47,689 nucleotides of DNA from a virus: positions 1 through 47,689 of the IMG/VR virus record IMGVR_UViG_3300044993_000286; one strand, written 5' to 3'. Position 1 is the stretch's first letter. Each line of letters opens with the position of its first letter. Below the pieces are notes generated by a model that saw only the letters and a program-made list of their open reading frames with translations, was not told the DNA's origin and ran no database searches. Made by a program: the position numbers and the translations under genes. This document shows, piece by piece, positions 18,217 to 24,462 of this stretch.

Positions 18217-18556
18217 CTTTTTTTCTCCTCATGTAGTTTATATATTCTTTTAAAAGTTCAAATATTCTCTCCAATTCAGTATCAACTGTATCATCAAACC
18301 ACTTAGTTTTTTCCGTAATATAGTTATATCTTACAATATGTGGAACAATGATAGAGTTTGTTTCGGGAAAATATTCAATATTTTCTTCACTGTATTTTTC
18401 CAAATAAACATCCAACGATATTTCTTCCATATTAAAATCATAGCAAATCGTATTCACCGAAAAATAATACATAGACATCGAAGATTGATTGCTTATCCAT
18501 TCTTCAACTTTATGATGAAGATTACGAATATCATTTTTTTTTATTTCGATTTTCAT
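18167..18556 (-). CDS. hypothetical protein, tandem paralog family member 1 (129 aa)
   Basis: Aligns by eye with 18553..18903: MKIEIKK / MEIEKRK, YYFSVNTIC / YSYSVGNTC, EYFPETNSIIVPHIVRY / EWFPEKDKIVIPYICKY. Confidence 0.65.
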   Translation of the reverse strand: MKIEIKKNDIRNLHHKVEEWISNQSSMSMYYFSVNTICYDFNMEEISLDVYLEKYSEENIEYFPETNSIIVPHIVRYNYITEKTKWFDDTVDTELERIFELLKEYINYMRRKKDENLRRKHCISVNCEK

Positions 18557-18903
18557 TTTAATATCCTTATCTCTTTGGTAAGAATTCTAAACATTCTTCT
18601 GATTTTCTCAATTTTTTCTTCATCTACAAATTGTGTTGTAAAAGAAAGAATATGAGTATTTACATCATACTTACAGATATAAGGAATGACTATCTTGTCT
18701 TTTTCAGGAAACCATTCGGGATTTTTACGAAGAATATGTTTATATTCTTCTATCGGCATAATCGGTGGTGTTCTGCCACGAACATGACAAGTATTACCTA
18801 CCGAATAACTGTAAGTATTCATTTCAGCTCTTTTCAGAAGCCAGTTATAAAGAGCTTCTTCGGTAATTTCTTTAATGGGTTTTTTCCTTTTTTCTATTTC
18901 CAT
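18553..18903 (-). CDS. hypothetical protein, tandem paralog family member 2 (116 aa)
   Basis: See 18167..18556. ATGA overlap. Confidence 0.65.
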   Translation of the reverse strand: MEIEKRKKPIKEITEEALYNWLLKRAEMNTYSYSVGNTCHVRGRTPPIMPIEEYKHILRKNPEWFPEKDKIVIPYICKYDVNTHILSFTTQFVDEEKIEKIRRMFRILTKEIRILK

Positions 18904-19325
18904 GATTGTTTCCTTTCATGGATGTAAGAAACGATTAAATTCTTATTTTCATTAAGGATATCATGAACGATATACTTATATCTTCGAGCAATAGGTTCTA
19001 ACCGTCTCGATATCCAATAATCGACACTGACTCTTATCGGTTTATTCCTTATGGGAAAACCTTTATAATCAGTTTCGATATAGATTTCCAACAACGTTAT
19101 CGGTTCATTATAATTTTTCGGTTGATAAATAAGATGATACCGATAAACATTTGTTGTATTACTTACCTTTTTTATTTGCAAGGTATCGCGGTTATAACGA
19201 AATACCCTTCGTTCAACCGCTTTTAATTTTATATATTGATTCAATACATCCGTCATTTCTGCCGGAGTATAGAAACAATATATTGTTTTTCCTTTTCTAT
19301 TTTCAATTTCCATATCTTTCCTCAT
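18894..19325 (-). CDS. hypothetical protein (143 aa), possible distant third member of the paralog family
   Basis: It shares only the N-terminal MEIENRKGK motif with the two downstream paralogs. Alternative start at 19313. Confidence 0.6.
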   Translation of the reverse strand: MRKDMEIENRKGKTIYCFYTPAEMTDVLNQYIKLKAVERRVFRYNRDTLQIKKVSNTTNVYRYHLIYQPKNYNEPITLLEIYIETDYKGFPIRNKPIRVSVDYWISRRLEPIARRYKYIVHDILNENKNLIVSYIHERKQSWK

Positions 19326-19458
19326 TTTTTCTTTTTAAGTACTCGATAAATTCATTGACTCTTTTAAATGTTCTTTTTGATTTAAGTTTATTTGAAACAT
19401 TATATTCTTTTACTACAAATTTACCTAACCAAAAAGATATTACGAATCTTTTGTTCAT
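19303..19458 (-). CDS. small basic hypothetical protein (51 aa), below the ORF-track length cutoff
   Basis: Hand translated: MNKRFVISFWLGKFVVKEYNVSNKLKSKRTFKRVNEFIEYLKRKNEERYGN. SD AAAGGAAAA. The stop overlaps the next start. Confidence 0.35.
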   Translation of the reverse strand: MNKRFVISFWLGKFVVKEYNVSNKLKSKRTFKRVNEFIEYLKRKNEERYGN

Positions 19459-19478
19459 TTTTTTCCTTTCAATTGAAA

Positions 19479-19520
19479 TAAAAAAAAGGCTCCTACTTGA
19501 AATATTTCTTTCGGAGCCTC
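19479..19520 (-). terminator. rho-independent terminator (minus strand)
   Basis: The minus strand reads aggctcc-N19-ggagcct followed by TTTTTTTT. It lies directly after gene 19539..20042. Confidence 0.6.
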
Positions 19521-19538
19521 ACCATACAACCGGAGAAA

Positions 19539-20042
19539 TTATGACTCTAAAATTCTTTTCACTTCCCCGATTATGTCGTTTTCTCCCCTTTCTATCAAAT
19601 CCATATACTTTTTCAGTATATGGATATTTACCGGCATATTTGCAAAGTAGTCAGGGTCTTTATCCTGAGCTACTAATGCAATAACCGATAGATTATCGAG
19701 GAGAAATTCCAGCGTTTCCTGAACTGATTTTTGAAGAGTCTTGCATGCTTTTACTGCATGCGAATATTCTTTTAACCAGTATTGTTCCCTTTCCGGGAAC
19801 ATTTGGAAGAGTATTTTCGTGCAATCAACCATTTCTTTGGTTTCTTGCACTTTTTGCTCGTCTGTCTTATCGAACAGAATAATATTCTGTTCTTCTAAAG
19901 ACAAACTATTGAAAAACATGAGTTCTAACAACTTTGCAGGTGTTAGAGACTCTATAATTTTGTAAAATTGTTCTTTTGTCAGTTTTAGTACTGACACCAA
20001 TAGTGTCAGTACCTCAACCGAAAAATTATTCAACTTATCCAT
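19539..20042 (-). CDS. hypothetical protein (167 aa)
   Basis: The start was set at MDKLNNFSVE after the SD AAGGGGGAA. ATGGATAA overlap with the upstream gene. Confidence 0.6.
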   Translation of the reverse strand: MDKLNNFSVEVLTLLVSVLKLTKEQFYKIIESLTPAKLLELMFFNSLSLEEQNIILFDKTDEQKVQETKEMVDCTKILFQMFPEREQYWLKEYSHAVKACKTLQKSVQETLEFLLDNLSVIALVAQDKDPDYFANMPVNIHILKKYMDLIERGENDIIGEVKRILES

Positions 20043-20328
20043 TTTGTTCCCCCTTTTTTTCTTTTTTGGGTGTGTGAAACTGTAACGCGTCATACGCATC
20101 TACCCATGCGTCGTGACGCGAATTTGCTTTCTCCTCTTCCAGGTGATTTTCAATCACCCAGAAGATATATCCCGCAATTCCTGCGAGGAATATTGCCGCA
20201 GAAGTTACAAGTATTGCTTCATTAGCTGGGACCGGTATGTCCCACATTTCTACAAGCTTTTGGAAAAGCTCGAAGAGAGCGATAAATATTATCGATTCTA
20301 TGATTACCAGTTTATGTATTCTTTTCAT
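20035..20328 (-). CDS. hypothetical membrane protein (97 aa, two hydrophobic helices)
   Basis: Hydrophobic segments LVIIESIIFIALFELF and ILVTSAAIFLAGIAGYIFWVI. SD context AATCGGAGAA. Confidence 0.6.
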   Translation of the reverse strand: MKRIHKLVIIESIIFIALFELFQKLVEMWDIPVPANEAILVTSAAIFLAGIAGYIFWVIENHLEEEKANSRHDAWVDAYDALQFHTPKKEKKGEQNG

Positions 20329-20366
20329 TTTTTTCTCCGATTATTTTTGGTTTGTGATTTTGTTAG

Positions 20367-20480
20367 TTATAGTTCTGCTGCTCTTACGATTTGTATAATG
20401 AAAAACGTAATTGCAGTCAAAATACCCAATAGCCCGAAGGCTATTAATGTTCCGAGTAACACTTTATCCTCTTTATCCAT
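20367..20480 (-). CDS. small single-pass membrane peptide (37 aa), below the ORF-track cutoff
   Basis: Hand translated: MDKEDKVLLGTLIAFGLLGILTAITFFIIQIVRAAEL. SD context AATCGGAGAA 7 nt upstream. Confidence 0.4.
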   Translation of the reverse strand: MDKEDKVLLGTLIAFGLLGILTAITFFIIQIVRAAEL

Positions 20481-20591
20481 GTTTTCTTTCTCCGATTTTT
20501 GATTAGTTAATAGCGAGGGGCGACATCTTTCAAAAGATGTCATTATTTGTAAATAAAGCCTCTATAAGCCACGATTTTTCCAAAGGGTATA

Positions 20592-20657
20592 TAAATGTAT
20601 GCCTTTGAATCGTTCGTGTCTCTATGAGGCTCTAATGAAGAAATTGGGCTATATTTG
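20592..20657 (+). promoter_or_regulatory. conserved R element copy R1 (candidate promoter), oriented antisense to the surrounding early genes
   Basis: TAAATGTATGC-N20-TATGAGGCTCTAATGAAGAAAT aligns without gaps to 34149..34214, down to a TTG at the position of the endolysin ATG. Confidence 0.5.
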
Positions 20658-20670
20658 ATTGCTGTCTTTT

Positions 20671-20700
20671 ACAAAATAGGGGCATTATTCAAATGCCCCT
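20671..20700 (-). terminator. rho-independent terminator (minus strand)
   Basis: The minus strand reads aggggcat-ttgaata-atgcccct followed by ATTTTGT. Confidence 0.6.
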
Positions 20701-20710
20701 TAAATATCAA

Positions 20711-20781
20711 AAGCTACTGCCTTACTAATGTCAGCAAACTCTTACCACATGGTAAGTACTGACTTCAGGTCAGTAGCTTTA
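20711..20781. other. 71-nt rod-like imperfect hairpin in noncoding DNA
   Basis: The outer 10-bp stem is aaagctactg / cagtagcttt. Inner stems are gtcag/ctgac and cttacc/ggtaag. Confidence 0.5.
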
Positions 20782-20782
20782 T

Positions 20783-20849
20783 AAATTGAAAAAGCCGTTG
20801 AACTATTTTCAGCACTCCCCAATTTGGGGGCTGATAAGAACAACGGCTT
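20783..20849 (-). terminator. compound hairpin terminator (minus strand) after the second early gene
   Basis: aagccgttg (20792-800) pairs with caacggctt (20841-49) around an inner tcagc..cccc/gggg..gctga hairpin. On the minus strand it is followed by TTTTTCAATTT. Confidence 0.55.
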
Positions 20850-20889
20850 ATTAAATGAGCAGTTTATAGACTTGCTCAGGTCTTAAAGA

Positions 20890-21555
20890 TTATTCCTCCT
20901 CCTCCTCTATTAGTCTAAAATTATGTTCTGTTAATTGCATGTTGTTTTCTTTGTCGATTTCTATGGTCGTAATGATGACCATGTCCTCAACTTCAAGAAT
21001 TTGTGTCGAATTGAATAATGGGTATAAACCCATTTTTATTTTCAATTCGTCTTTTTTAATTAAGATTGTTTGAAGTCGTTTCACAGATACTGCAGGATTT
21101 CTTAAAACGCATGCCGGTTGTGTTTCCACGATAACACATTTGCTGTTCGACATTTTTATTTCTAACAATCCAAATGTGGGTCTAAAACCCAGCACTGATT
21201 TTGCGTATTTAATATACGCAAAGCAGTCTTGAGTTGGGAAAAGAGGTGCAATTTGAACATATCTGGGTAGGAATTGTTTGATGAATTTTAACGGTATTTT
21301 CCCTAACCCAACAAACCCTTGAAGTTCGGTTTCGTATTGGTAAAAGTTTTTTGATTCTTCCTCGATGAGTATTAACTCCCCACTGAGGCAATAAACCCCA
21401 TGGGGAAGTTTTCTATTGTCGAAGGTTACAATAGGACGTCGCCCATTTAATCCGGTAATGTTGAATCCGTACTCCGGAGTTATTAACTCCAGAGTTGTTC
21501 TATCGTTCAATGATGATAAGTTGCGAATAAGTTTTTTATATTCTTGCATTTTCAT
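20890..21555 (-). CDS. hypothetical early protein (221 aa) with an acidic EEEEE C-terminus
   Basis: SD context AATCGGAGAA. Second gene after the divergent control region. Confidence 0.7.
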   Translation of the reverse strand: MKMQEYKKLIRNLSSLNDRTTLELITPEYGFNITGLNGRRPIVTFDNRKLPHGVYCLSGELILIEEESKNFYQYETELQGFVGLGKIPLKFIKQFLPRYVQIAPLFPTQDCFAYIKYAKSVLGFRPTFGLLEIKMSNSKCVIVETQPACVLRNPAVSVKRLQTILIKKDELKIKMGLYPLFNSTQILEVEDMVIITTIEIDKENNMQLTEHNFRLIEEEEE

Positions 21556-21605
21556 GGCTTTCTCCGATTGTTTTTTTGTTGATTGTTTTTTGTTAATTAA
21601 TTGAC

Positions 21606-21677
21606 AGCCCCCGAAAACCCTTTTGTGTGGAATCCAGGGGCTATCGAGTTCATACGGGGAAGAATTACTTCTTCCCC
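21606..21677 (-). promoter_or_regulatory. two GC-rich hairpins between the first two early genes
   Basis: agcccc (21606-11) pairs with ggggct (21637-42). ggggaagaa (21656-64) pairs with ttcttcccc (21669-77), and the stop codon of 21665..21922 lies in that loop. No U-tracts. Confidence 0.4.
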
Positions 21678-21922
21678 ATATAGAGGGACATATCCGCTCG
21701 GTTTTCCCAAGCAGATTCGAGCCTTCTGCGTGCTTCCTCTATACTTATATCTTCGCACGCCAAGAGTCGATACTCAAAAGACGAACCATTGTAAACGTAG
21801 AGCCCTTTGAGTTTTTCACCATCCTTCGTGGTTTCCCAATCGAAAAGACAAACTATCTCTTTCCCCGTTTGTCTATCAATTGTCTTTATCGCACCACGAG
21901 TTCTTAGTCGTTGTGGCACCAT
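21665..21922 (-). CDS. first early gene product, hypothetical (85 aa)
   Basis: Very strong SD AAGGAGGT 7 nt upstream. It is the first ORF downstream of the divergent region and looks richer in G+C than its neighbours. Confidence 0.7.
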   Translation of the reverse strand: MVPQRLRTRGAIKTIDRQTGKEIVCLFDWETTKDGEKLKGLYVYNGSSFEYRLLACEDISIEEARRRLESAWENRADMSLYMGKK

Positions 21923-22006
21923 TTTTTACCTCCTTTTTTTTAACTGAATTAATTAATTATCAAAGACAAAGGGGTGGGTAGGTGGAAGGGATATTTCCCG
22001 CCTCAA

Positions 22007-22035
22007 GTCTTACACAATTTTTATCGTTTTTTCAA
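22007..22035 (-). promoter_or_regulatory. candidate sigma70-like promoter for the early block (TTGAAA-17-TAAGAC)
   Basis: On the minus strand, TTGAAA is the reverse complement of 22030-35 and TAAGAC of 22007-12, with a 17-nt spacer. The -10 lacks the final T. Confidence 0.3.
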
Positions 22036-22155
22036 CGGTTGAAACGATTTTTTCGGAGTGTTGTAGGACTGTATCAACCCGCTATTAACAAAATTTTAAA
22101 AAATATTTTTTAGGGCAAAAATTCGTACACTTATCATTTTTTCTTGCATATAGTC

Positions 22156-22184
22156 TTGACAAAAGTTATTTTTGCATATAAGAT
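22156..22184 (+). promoter_or_regulatory. candidate sigma70-like promoter for the late block (TTGACA-17-TAAGAT)
   Basis: TTGACA at 22156-61 and TAAGAT at 22179-84, with a 17-nt spacer. About 140 nt upstream of the small terminase start. Confidence 0.4.
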
Positions 22185-22221
22185 TTCCCCCCGCAAGGAA
22201 AAACATATATTAGAACTAATA

Positions 22222-22325
22222 CTTATATAAGTATTGTTATATAGAATATCTTATATAGAATACTTAATACTAAGACTTATATAGGATATCCGAATAAGAA
22301 TACTTAAAGACTTAAGACTTATATG
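22222..22325 (+). repeat. AT-rich direct repeats (CTTATATA x4; longer unit AGAATACTTAA..TAAGACTTATAT x2) running into the small terminase start codon
   Basis: CTTATAT(A/G) at 22222, 22250, 22276 and 22318. The 27-29-nt units are at 22257-22283 and 22297-22325. Confidence 0.7.
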
Positions 22326-23018
22326 ATAGTACATAATAAGAAGATTGGTAAGAGATTATGGAAGAAATGTTATGCTTATACTATAGAAGAAGCTAAAGAA
22401 AGAGGATTAGAATGGAAAGACTTAAGAGATGAAGAAATAAGTGAATATGTTAAGACTGATGATGATTATATAGTAAAGTTAATACTGAAGAAAAGATATA
22501 ACAAAGACTTATGGATTAAAACAGAATTTGGTAGTATATTTGGAAGACAGAAATTGTTAGTTAATAAAGAATTAATTCCTTACGGTGATTGGAAAGCTAA
22601 AAAGCTTACAAAAAAGAAAAGATTTCCGATTGTAGTGGATTACATAGTAGCATGTATTTTAACGAATAGCACTATTAATCCCGATGTTATCGGTAATATC
22701 TTGGGATTGAAATATCGAAATACTAATTTGATTTGGAAGAATCTTATGAATCAACCTGAAGTAAGACAAATGGTACAAAAATCTTTAGTTGAAAGACTGT
22801 CGGATTTAAATGTTGACGAAGGTAAAGTGGTGAATTTAATAGATGATGCGATAGTAATTGCCAAAAAGAAGGGAAATGCTTTTGCTATTCTTAAAGCTGC
22901 TGAATTGTTGGGCAAATATTTAGGAATGGATGCTAAAACTGTTATCAGAGAGACTCATTCGACTGACAGTGAAGGCAATATTTCGAAGATATTAAAGGAA
23001 ATATCGATTGAAGGATAA
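22323..23018 (+). CDS. putative terminase small subunit / DNA-binding protein (231 aa)
   Basis: It lies immediately upstream of, and overlaps, the large terminase gene. It is a basic protein of suitable size. No SD. The call is by position only. Confidence 0.4.
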   Translation: MIVHNKKIGKRLWKKCYAYTIEEAKERGLEWKDLRDEEISEYVKTDDDYIVKLILKKRYNKDLWIKTEFGSIFGRQKLLVNKELIPYGDWKAKKLTKKKRFPIVVDYIVACILTNSTINPDVIGNILGLKYRNTNLIWKNLMNQPEVRQMVQKSLVERLSDLNVDEGKVVNLIDDAIVIAKKKGNAFAILKAAELLGKYLGMDAKTVIRETHSTDSEGNISKILKEISIEG

Positions 23019-24462
23019 GCTTTTAGCTCATTTTGACAAACATTTATTGGATTACGGCAAGGTAATTACAAAATCTTTTTACTATAAACCTTCCGAAGCA
23101 CACTACGAAATGGAAAAAATTCTCCTGGATGACGAAAAAAAGCAGTGTAATATCGTTGTTCCGAGAGGATTGGGGAAAACTACCATAGTGGGTGAGATAT
23201 ATCCCTTATGGCATATCTTCATTCATAAGCCTGAAATGCCAAAATTAGTCATAATAGTCTCAAAAACACAGCAACATTCATTGGACCGTATCAGACGAAT
23301 CAAGGATATTCTCGAATATAACCAAAATTTTAGAACTTTACACGGTTATCACGGTGAACAAAATGCAGTTATTTGGAGAGAAGACCGAATTATTCTTGAT
23401 AATGGCAGTACGATTATAGCAAGAGGACTTTTACAACCTTTAAGAGGGTTAAATATTAACGGTGTAAGACCTACTTTAATCGTTTTAGACGACCCTGAAG
23501 ACGAAGGAAACACAAAAACTGATGAAGCGATGGAACAAAATTTGACTTGGTTGCTTCAGGCTGCACTTCCTTCTATGGATATCAGGTATCACAAAGTAGT
23601 GGTAATTGGTACTCCGCTTAATCAGAAGTGTTTGGTAATGAAATTATCGGAAATGTCCGATTGGACTACTTACAAAACTTCTTATATTGTCGAAGAAAAC
23701 GGTGTAAGAAGGTCTATATGGGAAGAAATGAGGTCTTTGGAGTCTTTGGATGCTCTTATGAACTCTTATAAAGAGATTGGAAGACTTTCAATGTTTTACA
23801 AAGAGTATATGTGTACTGTTATAGGCGATGAAGACCAAATATTTAAGCCTGAATACATACAATTTGCCGATTATAAATACGAAAATATTGACGGAATGGG
23901 GTTTATTGTTATGGACGATAAACAAATACCCGTGAATGTTTTTATGGGTGTTGACCCGGCTTCTTCCACGAAACAAACAGCGGACTATTCCGTTATTTTT
24001 CCCGTCGCTATTGACTCTGAAAAGAACAGATATGCTCTTCCTTACTTCAGAAAGAGAGTAAAACCTATGGAATTAACCAGAGCAATAGTTGAATGGTACT
24101 CAAAATATAAACCTCAGAAAGTCAGGATAGAAACTGTTGGCTATCAGGAAATGATTAGGGATTATTTAAGAGAAGAGACTTATATTCCCGGCATGGAAAT
24201 AAAAGAAAATCCGAGAACAAGTAAATCCGCAAGATTAGAATCAATGGAACCGATGTTTGCTTCCAAAAAGGTATTTTTAACAAGAGATATGCAGGAATTT
24301 GTGGATGAATTGCTTGCTTATCCGAGAGGAAAACATGATGATTTACTCGATGCTTGGTATTATGCAAATAAAAATGTTTATATTCCATACCATGAAGCAA
24401 CAAACTACTTGACAAAAAAAGAAAATAATGTTATGTTGCAATTGGATTGGAGAATTTTATGA
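23008..24462 (+). CDS. terL: terminase large subunit
   Basis: ATPase motifs VVPRGLGKTT (Walker A-like) and PTLIVLDDPED (Walker B). RNaseH-like nuclease motifs FMGVDPASS, DYSVIF and KHDDLLDAWYYA. Confidence 0.9.
   Translation: MKDKLLAHFDKHLLDYGKVITKSFYYKPSEAHYEMEKILLDDEKKQCNIVVPRGLGKTTIVGEIYPLWHIFIHKPEMPKLVIIVSKTQQHSLDRIRRIKDILEYNQNFRTLHGYHGEQNAVIWREDRIILDNGSTIIARGLLQPLRGLNINGVRPTLIVLDDPEDEGNTKTDEAMEQNLTWLLQAALPSMDIRYHKVVVIGTPLNQKCLVMKLSEMSDWTTYKTSYIVEENGVRRSIWEEMRSLESLDALMNSYKEIGRLSMFYKEYMCTVIGDEDQIFKPEYIQFADYKYENIDGMGFIVMDDKQIPVNVFMGVDPASSTKQTADYSVIFPVAIDSEKNRYALPYFRKRVKPMELTRAIVEWYSKYKPQKVRIETVGYQEMIRDYLREETYIPGMEIKENPRTSKSARLESMEPMFASKKVFLTRDMQEFVDELLAYPRGKHDDLLDAWYYANKNVYIPYHEATNYLTKKENNVMLQLDWRIL

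Noticed and set aside
20655-20762. 35-codon TTG-initiated plus-strand ORF after R1 (IAVFYKIGALFKCPLNIKSYCLTNVSKLLPHGKY)
   Set aside because: It is too short, has a non-ATG start and a weak SD (GGGC), and runs through terminator hairpins. It is kept only as a hypothesis under the R1 finding.
20711-20781. tRNA-like cloverleaf (10-bp outer stem with internal hairpins)
   Set aside because: Neither strand gives a 7-nt anticodon loop, a D-arm or a T-loop consensus (TTCRANY). It is better described as a rod-like hairpin.
8495-21907. Plus-strand ORFs within the minus-strand block (for example 8495..8866, 10905..11366, 13031..13399, 16714..17241, 19151..19684, 20113..20502, 21601..21907)
   Set aside because: Each overlaps SD-led minus-strand genes with better protein-like sequence, and their translations are low-complexity. 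Only 7588..7836 fills a true gap and has an SD.
22201-22325. CRISPR-like array
   Set aside because: The repeats are 8-29 nt, AT-rich and irregularly spaced, with no unique spacers of typical length. No cas genes are present.
24447-24449. TTG start for the portal gene (ORF track)
   Set aside because: The ATG at 24459 has a well-placed GGAG and forms the ATGA overlap with the terL stop that is typical of this genome.
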